UHGV virus genome: UHGV-0384088
Length of the DNA: 40,997 nt
DNA from: a virus
Reading direction: 5' to 3' (one strand)
Below the pieces are notes generated by a model. The model ran no database searches. It was given only the letters and a program-made list of their open reading frames with translations, and was not told the DNA's origin. Of the stretch, positions 1-8,696 are shown piece by piece. Numbering within the stretch: position 1 is the first letter of the stretch; each line of letters begins with the position of its first letter. The position numbers and the translations under genes were made by a program.

Positions 1-42
1 TGCTTCTCCGCCACAAAACGGGCATTTCTTTAATTCTTCCAT
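1..42 (-). CDS. Partial (N-terminus only) small zinc-ribbon protein, Lar-like (restriction alleviation family); rest of gene lies beyond window start
   Basis: Minus-strand ATG near 42 preceded by GGAGTGAG RBS; translation MEELKKCPFCGGEA... matches CPFCGG zinc-ribbon N-terminus typical of Lar-family small proteins. Confidence 0.3.
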   Translation of the reverse strand, partial: MEELKKCPFCGGEA

Positions 43-92
43 GTTACTCACTCCATTTAATTTTCTGACCGCAATTCGGGCAATAAAAATGT

Positions 93-434
93 TCATATCC
101 TTTTTTCGCAAATATATTCACTTTTGCACGTAGGGCATTTAAAGTTAATGTCACCAAGTATGTAGTCCATTATATTCGGCTTCTTTGCCGTATCCCGCTC
201 TTTCAACTCATGCATCTGATTCATCAGCTTCGCACACTGGCTACTTGTAAAATCATTGATCTTGTTATACTGGTTCAAAATATCGCACACAAACCGCCCC
301 ATCTTGCATTCTGCGCATTTATCTTCCAGTGCTTCACCACTTAAATGATCTGGATGCTTGCACAGGTTGTCGCAGATATGCTCCATCATTTCTGTGGTGA
401 TCCCATCCATCCATGTTTCTTCTGTTTTTGGCAT
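93..434 (-). CDS. Cys-rich hypothetical phage protein (113 aa, multiple CxxC pairs)
   Basis: ORF track; GGAGG-type RBS (aggaggaatgactaATG) upstream; several CxxC motifs suggest zinc binding. Confidence 0.5.
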   Translation of the reverse strand: MPKTEETWMDGITTEMMEHICDNLCKHPDHLSGEALEDKCAECKMGRFVCDILNQYNKINDFTSSQCAKLMNQMHELKERDTAKKPNIMDYILGDINFKCPTCKSEYICEKRI

Positions 435-449
435 TAGTCATTCCTCCTA

Positions 450-1811
450 CTACGCAAACCTAATTTGCTGCTCATCCTCATATATTTCTATGTTCGGCAC
501 CCTATTCCCGATTTTTAAATACGGGCAGTTTGCTTCTACCAGTTTCTGTGCCATGATTGGCACTACACTGTTTCCGATTCTAGCCACTTGTTTTGCGATC
601 GGATATCTCCTGTATTTGTAATCCCTGTCAATAATGTAATCCTCTGGAAATCCCTGCATTAATTTAAGTTCTTCCGGTTTTAACATTCTCAGGAAAATAT
701 CCTTCATGACATACTTTTCACCTTCGATATCCAGAATCACATTTACTAATCCGAAACGATCTTTTGTGGTAATCGTTGCAAGCGGATTTGAAAGTTCTTG
801 TCCTCCGCCAGTTCCGTAATACTTAATTAAAAACGCAGATATCAATCCAAAATGTCCAGGTGATGTTGTGGTTGTGTGTAAAGGTTCGTTGCATCCCTGT
901 CCGATTCCACTTTTATAAAATTTTGTAATAAAAGCTGTCACCAGACCGTACCTGTTTGATGTGTCGATTGTTTTAATTGGTTCTGTCAGTAACTGTCCTC
1001 TTGATTCTCCAATTTTTGTTTCTCCGTGGTATTGAATCATAAATGCAACAGCATCTTTGTTTCTCACGATATAGGGAGATGGATTGTCTATTACATATTT
1101 TCTGATTCCATTTGCAATCCTTTTCATCGTTGCATCCGCCAACGGTTTTGGTCTATCAAATATCGTTTTCCCTAAATCAGACCAATCGATATATGCCCCG
1201 CATTCCTGCCATTTCGGATCTCTGGATTTAAAATTTGTCTTTTCTGGCCACACGATGTCTTTTCCATCTCTTCGAAATATTGCATACCAGCGCTTTCTTG
1301 TAGTTGGCGCGCCATAGTCTGCCGCAATAAGCTCCCGGCAGTCGAATATATACCCGAGACTCTTCATTGCCGTAATGAACTTCTTATAATCTTCCCCACG
1401 CCGCTCCTTAATCGGATGCCCGTCTTCATCCAAAGGTCCCCACTGTTGGATTTCTTCCACGTTTTCCATGATAATCACATCAGGAAGAATTGCTTTTGCG
1501 TGTTTGTATACCGCCCAAGGCAAAATCCGAAGCCCTTTTTCCCTCGGCTTCCCACCTTTCGCCTTGCTGTGGCTGGTACAATCAGGACTCGCCCACATTA
1601 AAGCAACTCGCTTTCCTTTCACATATTTCTTCAAATCCACCTTGAAGATATCTTCTGTGAGATGCAATGTTTTCGGATGGTTTGTCTTGTGCATCAAAAT
1701 CGCATCAGGATCGTGATTGATTGCAATATCTACTTGTCTTCCAAGTGCCATTTCTATTCCTACACTCGCTCCACCTCCTCCGGCGAAGCAATCTATAATC
1801 AAATTTTCCAT
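450..1811 (-). CDS. DNA (cytosine-5)-methyltransferase
   Basis: 453 aa; motif I DCFAGGGGASVG, PC-like motif SPDCTSHSKAKGG, ENV motif IIMENVEE; typical phage-encoded orphan C5-MTase. Confidence 0.85.
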   Translation of the reverse strand: MENLIIDCFAGGGGASVGIEMALGRQVDIAINHDPDAILMHKTNHPKTLHLTEDIFKVDLKKYVKGKRVALMWASPDCTSHSKAKGGKPREKGLRILPWAVYKHAKAILPDVIIMENVEEIQQWGPLDEDGHPIKERRGEDYKKFITAMKSLGYIFDCRELIAADYGAPTTRKRWYAIFRRDGKDIVWPEKTNFKSRDPKWQECGAYIDWSDLGKTIFDRPKPLADATMKRIANGIRKYVIDNPSPYIVRNKDAVAFMIQYHGETKIGESRGQLLTEPIKTIDTSNRYGLVTAFITKFYKSGIGQGCNEPLHTTTTSPGHFGLISAFLIKYYGTGGGQELSNPLATITTKDRFGLVNVILDIEGEKYVMKDIFLRMLKPEELKLMQGFPEDYIIDRDYKYRRYPIAKQVARIGNSVVPIMAQKLVEANCPYLKIGNRVPNIEIYEDEQQIRFA

Positions 1812-1861
1812 TTTCTCAGAAGCCCGGTATACCCTTGCCCCGGCCGGAGGCTGGCTCCTTT

Positions 1862-2161
1862 CTATTTTTCTTTCTTCTTGTCTCCCGGAACGATCAACAT
1901 TCCTTTGATTCTCTCATTTCCTCTTAGATTTTCGCAGTATTCCTCCCATTCAAAGACCTGTTTCTGCGTCCATCCTTTTACCACTCTGCGTTTCCGGATC
2001 CCAGTCTCATCCATATACCGGACGAGAATTTCCTTTGAGAACTGCACATCATTCTGTGTATCGTGTAAGACCTTGAGGATATAATCGTCTGTGCATCTAA
2101 GTTTCACCATTTCTTCAATCTGGAATCGGTACTTATCCAAAAAATGTGCTGGTCTACTCAT
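1862..2161 (-). CDS. hypothetical phage protein (99 aa)
   Basis: ORF in operon orientation with flanking early genes; no recognisable domain. Confidence 0.35.
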   Translation of the reverse strand: MSRPAHFLDKYRFQIEEMVKLRCTDDYILKVLHDTQNDVQFSKEILVRYMDETGIRKRRVVKGWTQKQVFEWEEYCENLRGNERIKGMLIVPGDKKKEK

Positions 2162-2267
2162 TTTCCTCTCACCCTCTTCTTTCTCTTGCGCTTGGAGCTA
2201 ACTTTTGTGTAAAAATCCATGTTTCCGTGTCTTTTCTTGCAAATCTTAAACCCATATCTTTTCATGT

Positions 2268-2852
2268 TCATGCCTGTTCACCCTTTAAACTCCACCATGC
2301 TTTCACATTCTTTCCGTACCCTGTAGTCTGGATTCTTACTCCAAGTTCTGCCTTTGCTTTCATGATGTCTGACCGTTTGATTCCCGCTGCATCTGACTCC
2401 ATGAGCAGCTTCATTCCGTCATATCGTCCGCCTGCCATTTTATCTTTTAACCATTCCACCGCCTTATCATAATCGGTCTTTGACATCGTATTGACCTTGT
2501 CCTTGATCTTTTCCAATTGGATGGTGTTGGTGTTCAGCTTGTTCCAGATCTTTTCAAAATTCTCCTGCATGATTCTTCGGTTTTCTAAAATCTCATCCCG
2601 GATGACTGTAAGTGCCTGCGCTGCGGTCATACCTTTCTTTTCCGGCTCTTTTACCAGACTTCCCGGTTCAAGCCCGAGAAGTAAACACATGGTTCTTTCA
2701 AAATCTTCTGTCTGTTCCGGGTTCTTCGCCATATTGCAGACAAAAGACTTGCTTCTCCCGAGTTCCGCCGAGAATTTCTCTTTCGTCTTGCCCTGCTTTT
2801 CTAGTTCCTTGCAGAGCAAAGCGTAGTTTATCGTTACTTTCTTCGGTTCCAT
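2268..2852 (-). CDS. HTH-domain phage protein (194 aa), possible replication-module accessory or regulator
   Basis: N-terminal XRE-like helix-turn-helix (FSAELGRSKSFVCNMAKNP); sits upstream of and co-directional with the replisome organizer. Confidence 0.45.
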   Translation of the reverse strand: MEPKKVTINYALLCKELEKQGKTKEKFSAELGRSKSFVCNMAKNPEQTEDFERTMCLLLGLEPGSLVKEPEKKGMTAAQALTVIRDEILENRRIMQENFEKIWNKLNTNTIQLEKIKDKVNTMSKTDYDKAVEWLKDKMAGGRYDGMKLLMESDAAGIKRSDIMKAKAELGVRIQTTGYGKNVKAWWSLKGEQA

Positions 2853-2861
2853 AATTCCTCC

Positions 2862-3683
2862 TTAATTCGAGTTCAGTAGTTGTTCTTCCAGAGAGTCCAT
2901 GTCGTAATTTCTACGATCAAAGTTGTTATTATTTCTATGTGTCGGTTCTGATCTAACTGGCATTCTTCCCTTATCCTGTTCTTTGGATAGCCAGGAATTT
3001 ATAAATCTTGCGATTCCTCTCTTTGTTTTTCTTCTCGCTTTATTGCTGTCTAACCAAGATTTCATTTTTCTGAGTTCCTGCATCACATCAACAGCAGGGA
3101 ATAATTCACTCCACTTTGATACATTGTCTTCGTAAATCCAATGCTCTGTGTTGTCATTTAATGAGAGTGAGATGACTTTTTTCCGGTCTGGAGCTTCTAG
3201 CTCCGGACAAGTAGTATTTATACTACTCTTATCTATACTATCCTTACCTAACCTAACCTGGGTTTCCAGAACGTCAACCGCATGGTTACCACTTGGTTGA
3301 CATGTGGTTGATAACTGGTTGACAGATGGTTGACAAGTAGTCGAAAGAATGTATTTTCCGTTCAAATTTTCCAATTTATTCAGCTCATCCAAACATCTTG
3401 TCTGTGTGTATCTATCTTTCCTGATCGAATTGTTTGTTTTCCAGTCAGAAATCACGATAACGCCACTTTCAAATGGAATGATAAACCCTTTTGCGACCAG
3501 TATTTTCAAATCATCTTCCGCTGCTCCAACCATTCTCACGATTTGCTTCGGAGACGATACAAAGCCGTCATCATCAGCTTTCATGCCGAATTGTAAGTAC
3601 AGAGCTTGAGTCGATGACGGCATTTCAACAAACTTATCTGTGCATACCACATCTGCCGAAAACATTCTTCTGTTCGCCATCAC
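2862..3683 (-). CDS. Phage replisome organizer / replication initiator (DnaD-like N-terminal domain)
   Basis: 273 aa; N-terminus MANRRMFSADVVCTDKFVEMPSSTQALYLQFGMKADDDGF resembles phage replisome-organizer N-domain; central repeated peptide LSTTCQPSVNQ/LSTTCQPSGNH is encoded by DNA iterons, the known architecture where the origin lies inside the initiator gene. Confidence 0.65.
   Translation of the reverse strand: MMANRRMFSADVVCTDKFVEMPSSTQALYLQFGMKADDDGFVSSPKQIVRMVGAAEDDLKILVAKGFIIPFESGVIVISDWKTNNSIRKDRYTQTRCLDELNKLENLNGKYILSTTCQPSVNQLSTTCQPSGNHAVDVLETQVRLGKDSIDKSSINTTCPELEAPDRKKVISLSLNDNTEHWIYEDNVSKWSELFPAVDVMQELRKMKSWLDSNKARRKTKRGIARFINSWLSKEQDKGRMPVRSEPTHRNNNNFDRRNYDMDSLEEQLLNSN
3246..3335. 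repeat. Iteron array, putative phage origin of replication: CCTAACCTAACCT followed by 5 copies of TGGTT(G/A)(A/C)(C/T)A at exact 11-bp phasing (about 3283, 3294, 3305, 3316, 3327) plus an inverted copy CGTCAACC at about 3272
   Basis: Direct reading: ggttacc acttggttgacatgtggttgataactggttgacagatggttgacaagtag; one helical-turn periodicity is typical of initiator binding iterons. Confidence 0.6.
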
Positions 3684-4090
3684 TCATCCTCCGCAATATA
3701 GACCACCACGCAAGGCGTGTCCGAATATACCTTTTCAATTTCCAAACTGGTCACCTGCTTATCGTCCGTATATGCGACTCCATTCAAACCATCCAAAATG
3801 ATTTTTGTGATATTATCTAAGTCCGGCTTCTTATTCGGCTTTATTTCTCCTTTTAATGCTTTCTCCTTATTCTTCTTAGACCAGCTCTCTGGAATCGGAA
3901 ATTTCGCTAAAATTCGAACTCTCAGAGGTATCTCTGTATAAAGAACGCCTGCGCTTTGTTTATAAATCCTTGCAACTTCCTTTTCGTACTTCTTTGTTTC
4001 TGGTGGCGTGTATGTAATGACCTTAAATCCAGCTCTGCGGAATTTTGGTCTTGCTTTTCCAACCGGCTTACCCGGAATTGTAATTATCAT
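3680..4090 (-). CDS. rusA: RusA-family Holliday junction resolvase
   Basis: 136 aa; MIITIPGKPVGKARPKF...KPDLDNITKIILDGLNGVAYTDDKQV matches RusA endodeoxyribonuclease signature (GKxRPR, catalytic D-rich segment). Confidence 0.8.
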   Translation of the reverse strand: MIITIPGKPVGKARPKFRRAGFKVITYTPPETKKYEKEVARIYKQSAGVLYTEIPLRVRILAKFPIPESWSKKNKEKALKGEIKPNKKPDLDNITKIILDGLNGVAYTDDKQVTSLEIEKVYSDTPCVVVYIAEDE

Positions 4091-4203
4091 TCGTTCTCCT
4101 TTCTGCTCCCGGAGTTACCGGGAGACAATGAATCTGGCTTACTTAAGGTATTTGTGACGTACTACACAGCAGCCATGAACGGGTTACAATTTATAGCAAA
4201 GGT

Positions 4204-4584
4204 TTAACCCTTACTAACATAGTGAAATTCTTGTCGGAACTGCTCTTCTGTTCCGTAGTGCTGCAAATAATACTCCTTGCAGCGTTTTCTTAAGTATCGG
4301 TCAACTTTCGATGCATTCTCCCCTGCCCTTGTTCCGTTTGGATGCAGATCCGGTCTCAATGGAGCTATGAATCCGTAATCTTCCGAAAGCTCAATTTCTC
4401 TCGATGTGTGGCTAAAAATATGATGACGCTCCACTCCGTAAACTCCGGTGTACATGCAATGATCCATGTCCTCTGTAAATATGCTCCACAGCTTCTTTGG
4501 TCTGCCGGATGCTCTTTGATGACCTTTTTTCTTTTTCTTTCGCTTCGGCTTTGGGAATGTCATGTCACTGTAATCAATACTCAC
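4204..4584 (-). CDS. hypothetical phage protein (126 aa), lysine-rich N-terminus; possible HNH-like/nucleic acid binding
   Basis: ORF track; K-rich stretch KPKRKKKKKGHQRASGRPKK and ERHHIF segment; family not recognised with confidence. Confidence 0.35.
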   Translation of the reverse strand: MSIDYSDMTFPKPKRKKKKKGHQRASGRPKKLWSIFTEDMDHCMYTGVYGVERHHIFSHTSREIELSEDYGFIAPLRPDLHPNGTRAGENASKVDRYLRKRCKEYYLQHYGTEEQFRQEFHYVSKG

Positions 4585-5123
4585 AGTTCAATTCCCCATT
4601 TTTGTCTAAGCTCTTCTTTTTCATCTGGGGTCAAAAGGTCTGCATCCGGTATTCCAACCTCTCTGCAATCTTCCAACACGCCTTTGATGAGTCTGCTCAT
4701 TTCCTTGGTGTTATACTTGCTTGACCCTTTGTAGCATTGCAGAGTGTGTAATGTTTCAGCCCTACCTTTTAGGTCTTTTACTTCCTGTGCTCCACGATCT
4801 ATCACAATCCGGAACACTGACTGTGCCAGATAGATGTCTTTTTCTCGGAGTGGTATATACTCGAAAGCGACGTGGGATTTTAATTCATTTAGGTACGCTT
4901 GCCACCTGGTGATGTCCAACTTTTCCGCTAATTTATCGAGTAACACCCACAAATAAGAGTTCGCGTCAAGGCTTCTCTTCGCTCTGTACGGCTTTATTTC
5001 AAGCGTTAATTTCTCATAATCTTTCAGTTCATCGTAGGCTTGTCGGAAGTCCTCTACGGATTCGAATAGGATGGTGTGGCAATCTATCAAACGACCTTTT
5101 AATCTTCCTGTAAATTTCATCAA
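4581..5123 (-). CDS. NinB/Orf-like recombination mediator protein
   Basis: 180 aa; segment KRSLDANSYLWVLLDKL parallels lambda NinB RSLDQNRKLWACLGDV; located between annealase and resolvase. Confidence 0.5.
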   Translation of the reverse strand: MMKFTGRLKGRLIDCHTILFESVEDFRQAYDELKDYEKLTLEIKPYRAKRSLDANSYLWVLLDKLAEKLDITRWQAYLNELKSHVAFEYIPLREKDIYLAQSVFRIVIDRGAQEVKDLKGRAETLHTLQCYKGSSKYNTKEMSRLIKGVLEDCREVGIPDADLLTPDEKEELRQKWGIEL

Positions 5124-5740
5124 TCATCACCGTATTTATTTTTTATTGCGCTTAGCATTGTTGCAGCTTCTATCTCGGTAAGTGTCTGCTCAGTCCTATT
5201 GTTTTCTCTCAACCAGCGTTCAAGATTGATGCCGTGAGATACGCATAGATTCTTGAGAGTCTTGATTTTCGCTTCAGACGCTCTGTTTTCCCCCGTTTCC
5301 GGTATTTGAGCATACATCTTGTTGTATTCCTCTTTAAGCCACAAATCGAACCCTAAGCCGGTATGTATTGCTACGCACTTCACAAACGCCCTGCACATGC
5401 TGTTCCAGACTCTTTGCTGACTCATAGAGTTGTCTTTTACAGGGTTTGCCCCATTCATCACAGGTGTTTGCATCTCGTACACTTGATCATCTATCACAAC
5501 ACGGATTCTGGTCTCGTAACATCTATTTTCAACTCCGTTTTTATCTTTAAACACCGCTTTTGTCATCCTTAGGCTACTTCCTGTTTCTGGGTCTGGAATC
5601 GGAGTAAAATAAACATTTTCAGCCCCATTTTTATGTAATAAATCAATGCACATTGCCCAGTTTAAATAGTCCATACCATCTCTTTTTTCGAGGTATGGTT
5701 TTACATCTACTTTCCTCATTTCTTCATAGCTTTTAAGCAT
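5120..5740 (-). CDS. Single-strand annealing protein, Sak/DUF1071 (Rad52-like) family
   Basis: 206 aa; DYLNWAMCIDLL... and MQTPVMNGANPVKDNSMSQQRVWNSMCRAFVKCVAIHTGLGFDLW match the DUF1071 conserved blocks (YLxWAxAW..., LPVMD..NKA..., RCLVKAxAxxGLG). Confidence 0.6.
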   Translation of the reverse strand: MLKSYEEMRKVDVKPYLEKRDGMDYLNWAMCIDLLHKNGAENVYFTPIPDPETGSSLRMTKAVFKDKNGVENRCYETRIRVVIDDQVYEMQTPVMNGANPVKDNSMSQQRVWNSMCRAFVKCVAIHTGLGFDLWLKEEYNKMYAQIPETGENRASEAKIKTLKNLCVSHGINLERWLRENNRTEQTLTEIEAATMLSAIKNKYGDD

Positions 5741-5918
5741 AGGTTTCCTCGCTTTCTTCCTTTACCCAACTCCCAGAGTAAAACCATTCCACCAGCATTT
5801 CTTTAAATTCTTTTTGGTCATCCGGTGTCCCATGCAAGCATCTTTCCAGTGCGTAATCAAATGCTTGGTCATCCGTTACTACCGTGTCTTTCTCCGGTCC
5901 GATACCTACATACATCAT
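5733..5918 (-). CDS. small hypothetical protein (61 aa)
   Basis: ORF track; 4-nt ATGA overlap with upstream small ORF suggests translational coupling. Confidence 0.35.
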   Translation of the reverse strand: MMYVGIGPEKDTVVTDDQAFDYALERCLHGTPDDQKEFKEMLVEWFYSGSWVKEESEETYA

Positions 5919-6073
5919 TCTTCCTCCATGCCGATAATTGCTTTTATACTATCTGCGTCCACAAAATTTCCTTCTACGAACGACAAGAATCCAATTAACG
6001 CATCCATCTTCCCATCTAATCTACAAAGACGGGCATATTCCTGTTCGCTTACATAAATTTTATTGTTATCCAT
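5915..6073 (-). CDS. small hypothetical protein (about 52 aa, MDNNKIYVSEQEYARL...)
   Basis: Not in ORF track (under 60 aa); strong RBS ttttAGGAGGataagcaATG; stop overlaps start of next gene. Confidence 0.3.
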   Translation of the reverse strand: MDNNKIYVSEQEYARLCRLDGKMDALIGFLSFVEGNFVDADSIKAIIGMEEE

Positions 6074-6160
6074 TGCTTATCCTCCTAAAATCTGTTAATA
6101 TAGAATCGTATTTTTTCCTGAGTACCTACGGCTCCCCAGCCTTTTTGTAGGTGCTCATTT

Positions 6161-6346
6161 TTAATACCCAACCACTAGCCACCACGCCAGTAGCACCAGT
6201 CCAAACCCGATCACGGACACTGCGACCTTGTGCCAATAGGGCTTGTCCTTTTCCGGCAATTCTACGGATACGGAACGGATATCCCAACTATTTAATGCGT
6301 TCGGCTGCTGGGTAGTCTGGCAATGGTAAGTTCCTTTAACTTTCAT
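6161..6346 (-). CDS. small membrane protein (61 aa, C-terminal TM helix)
   Basis: ORF track; hydrophobic C-terminus VAVSVIGFGLVLLAWWLVVGY. Confidence 0.35.
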   Translation of the reverse strand: MKVKGTYHCQTTQQPNALNSWDIRSVSVELPEKDKPYWHKVAVSVIGFGLVLLAWWLVVGY

Positions 6347-6368
6347 AGCTTGTCCTCCCTTCTACCGC

Positions 6369-6521
6369 CTAGGCGGTTTTTCTTCTTTCGAATCCTATAT
6401 TTTTCATCGTTTCATCTAATTTGCTTTCTAAGATCCGAGAAAGCTCTTCTTTACTTAACTCATCTTGATTCACCCATGAGCCATTGATTTTGATCATGCT
6501 TACTACTTCGATTCCTTTCAT
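6369..6521 (-). CDS. small hypothetical protein (about 50 aa, MKGIEVVSMIKINGSWVNQDELSKEEL...)
   Basis: Not in ORF track; RBS AAGAGGGGTGGTGAA before ATG; perfect palindrome CCGCCTAGGCGG overlaps the stop codon. Confidence 0.3.
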   Translation of the reverse strand: MKGIEVVSMIKINGSWVNQDELSKEELSRILESKLDETMKNIGFERRKTA

Positions 6522-6580
6522 TTCACCACCCCTCTTTACTGTATGCAGGTTGATCGTCCTGTGTATGTTGTCCTACGTTT

Positions 6581-7396
6581 TTAATTAGCATCCGAATCTC
6601 TGACGATGACATGATATTTCTTCACTTGTCCATCGCACTGTGTGTATGGGATTTCTCTTGGATATCCATTGTTGGCGTACCACTGCTCTACCATCCCGAT
6701 CACTTCCGGCGCATATTTTCTAACAGTGCCTTGCCACTTCCCTTTGGATTCCCATGTTTCCGTATACATGTCTTCTGACAAATCTAACCTACGAATAATC
6801 TCATTCACAGCTTTGTCTGCTGGTTTGCCGGAGCTCTGAAAGTAAAGTCTTGCCTGCCTTGCGATATGTACCGTATCTACATACTGCTGATCCGCTTCTA
6901 TCGTGATTGGAAGATTTACTCCTGCTTTCTCATAAAGTGATTTTGCGGTCAGGAGCTGGATTTTACTGTTGCATCCTGCTGCTTGGAGCATCGGCGTTAA
7001 AATCTTCACAGCATTGTTGACACTGGCGAGACGTTCGTTGTTTTGCTTCTTCTTTGGCATTTCATAAGAGCCCGTCTTTCTGATAGACGGAATAACATCC
7101 ATCGCAAGCCAGTTTTGAAATTTCTCAGCTACTGGGTTGCTTGCCTTCATTCCAAGACGATAAAACAGTGATTCTGGAATGTAATCATCTTTCCCCACTT
7201 GTGGGGAAAATCCCATTTCTCTACAAAATGAGTTTAGCCTTTCCCATTTCACATAGATTTTCCCATTCTTCTCTTGCGTCCAGCCAAATCCAATGGCAGT
7301 ATCTTCTGCGCTAATGGAAATGCTTCCATCTGGATTCGGCAGTGTTCTTACACTTAAACCAAGTTCCTTATTTTTAAAAATTTTTAATTCGTTCAT
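6581..7396 (-). CDS. Phage antirepressor, Bro-N N-terminal domain + KilA-C/ANT C-terminal domain
   Basis: N-terminus MNELKIFKNKELGLSVRTLPNPDGSISISAEDTAIGFGW is a Bro-N signature; true start taken at MNELKIF (GGAGG RBS at about 7403-7407) rather than the upstream in-frame Met of the ORF track. Confidence 0.75.
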   Translation of the reverse strand: MNELKIFKNKELGLSVRTLPNPDGSISISAEDTAIGFGWTQEKNGKIYVKWERLNSFCREMGFSPQVGKDDYIPESLFYRLGMKASNPVAEKFQNWLAMDVIPSIRKTGSYEMPKKKQNNERLASVNNAVKILTPMLQAAGCNSKIQLLTAKSLYEKAGVNLPITIEADQQYVDTVHIARQARLYFQSSGKPADKAVNEIIRRLDLSEDMYTETWESKGKWQGTVRKYAPEVIGMVEQWYANNGYPREIPYTQCDGQVKKYHVIVRDSDAN

Positions 7397-7407
7397 ATTA
7401 CCTCCTG

Positions 7408-7593
7408 TTATCGTGTTAATAACAACACGATTATTATGATTATCAGAATTCCTATGACGCATCTGTATATGGTGCGTCTTCGATAAATCATTTCAAAAAA
7501 TTCTTTTTCGTCATCGGAAATTTCAAACAACTCCGCAAATTTGTTCCAGTTAATTTTTACCACACCTCTTTCCTTTTGAATCTTTATTGTCAT
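7408..7593 (-). CDS. small protein with C-terminal TM segment (61 aa)
   Basis: ORF track; IGILIIIIIVLLL hydrophobic tail. Confidence 0.3.
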   Translation of the reverse strand: MTIKIQKERGVVKINWNKFAELFEISDDEKEFFEMIYRRRTIYRCVIGILIIIIIVLLLTR

Positions 7594-7661
7594 TTGTTTC
7601 CTTATCTCCTATAATTCAATTACCGAGCACCAGTCGGAATAATTACGAAAGGAGAGATTTG

Positions 7662-8012
7662 ATGAATTTAGATGATATAAATTTCCCGGATATTACTGCT
7701 CCTAATTTGCGCCGCGACATCCCGGATATTCATCTGACGGAATGGGATGACGGTGAAAGCCCTTATGAGCTATTGCATAAGAATGCACATAATAGCGAAA
7801 AGCAACGAAAAATTCTCGAAAAGCAGATTGCACCATTAAGAGAGATCGCTAAAGCTTCTAAAGTTCAAGCAAGTATCGCTTTAAAGAAATCCAAGGAAGC
7901 GGATATTAAAGGATGGATCGCTATCATTCTTTCTTCCATAGCACTTTTCTTTGAATTCGCTACAAATCATTCAGAAATTATCAGCTTTTTAAAATCACTT
8001 TTTAATCACTAA
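7662..8012 (+). CDS. hypothetical protein with C-terminal TM helix (about 116 aa), plus-strand gene embedded in minus-strand early region
   Basis: RBS AGGAGAG 7 nt before ATG at about 7662 (ORF track gives longer 7587 start); C-terminal WIAIILSSIALFF; followed by an intrinsic terminator. Confidence 0.45.
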   Translation: MNLDDINFPDITAPNLRRDIPDIHLTEWDDGESPYELLHKNAHNSEKQRKILEKQIAPLREIAKASKVQASIALKKSKEADIKGWIAIILSSIALFFEFATNHSEIISFLKSLFNH

Positions 8013-8315
8013 TTCTACAAATATCTTGAATAACAATACGAACATGGAAAATCCGAGGGAAAAATTCGCAAGTCTTTCGGATTTTTTTGTTTCTTTCTCT
8101 GCGTCAAGAATCATTAATTCCAAGTCATGAAACTCCATGTCGAATGTTTCTTTTTCATTAGGACATCCACAATATTGACAATATTTGTTTGAACTGTGTA
8201 TTAAATTTATGCACCGAGCGCAGCGAATGAAATTTTCGTGTTTTAATAAGTATTCGCTGTACTCTTCTTGTTCCATGGCTGCGCTGTCATCTTCTTCATG
8301 TTCTGTGTATCCCAT
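7995..8315 (-). CDS. zinc-ribbon protein with C-terminal TM helix (about 106 aa)
   Basis: CARCINLIHSSNKYCQYCGC (two CxxC pairs) and C-terminal FSMFVLLFKIFVELVI; start placed at MGYTEHE with GGAGG RBS. Confidence 0.45.
   Translation of the reverse strand: MGYTEHEEDDSAAMEQEEYSEYLLKHENFIRCARCINLIHSSNKYCQYCGCPNEKETFDMEFHDLELMILDAEKETKKSERLANFSLGFSMFVLLFKIFVELVIKK
8048..8090 (+). terminator. Rho-independent terminator after plus-strand gene 7662..8012
   Basis: AATCCGA ...loop... TCGGATT followed by TTTTTTT. Confidence 0.5.
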
Positions 8316-8328
8316 TCTTCCTCGCCTC

Positions 8329-8514
8329 CTACTCCAAAAAATACTCAACTGATACACCGAAGTAATCGGCTAAGATTTTTAGTTTTTCTACTTTCGGCTT
8401 GCTTCTCCCTGTTTTCCAGTCTGTAAACGTAGACTTTGTAATTCCTGTATCAGAAGCAACTCTGTAATCCGTAATTTCTTTCGAATCACGCAACTCTGCA
8501 TATTTTTCGTACAT
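8329..8514 (-). CDS. Cro-like XRE-family HTH transcriptional regulator
   Basis: 61 aa; HTH TDYRVASDTGITKSTFTDWKTGRSKPK; divergent from CI-like gene across an operator-rich intergenic region. Confidence 0.75.
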   Translation of the reverse strand: MYEKYAELRDSKEITDYRVASDTGITKSTFTDWKTGRSKPKVEKLKILADYFGVSVEYFLE

Positions 8515-8527
8515 TTTTTCACCTCTT

Positions 8528-8696
8528 TTCCGAACTTTCTATTGATTTTAGTTCGGAAATCAGTTACAATATATTTACCAGATACATTGACAAAGAATTG
8601 CGCTACAATTCTGTTTTGATTTCCGAACTTTGTAGCTTTATTATAGTGCGGATTTCAGAACTTGTCAATACTTTTTTGTACTGATTTCAGAATTTT
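8528..8696. promoter_or_regulatory. Immunity-region operator/promoter cluster: 4 direct and 1 inverted copy of GATTTC(C/A)GAA(C/T)TT (about 8528, 8550 inverted, 8618, 8651, 8683)
   Basis: Direct reading of the 185-bp divergent intergenic region between the Cro-like and CI-like genes; TTGACA/TTGTCA hexamers interleaved with the repeats. Confidence 0.55.

Noticed and set aside
4100-4125. Perfect 7-bp hairpin CTCCCGG-AGTTA-CCGGGAG just upstream of the RusA RBS
   Set aside because: There is no U-tract on either strand, so it is not a terminator. It may be a processing or attenuation structure, but there is no further evidence.
6366-6383. Perfect palindrome CCGCCTAGGCGG + TTTTTC, terminator-like on the plus strand
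   Set aside because: There is no plus-strand gene upstream within the window. It overlaps a small minus-strand ORF stop and could be a bidirectional stop or an AvrII-like site coincidence. Low confidence.
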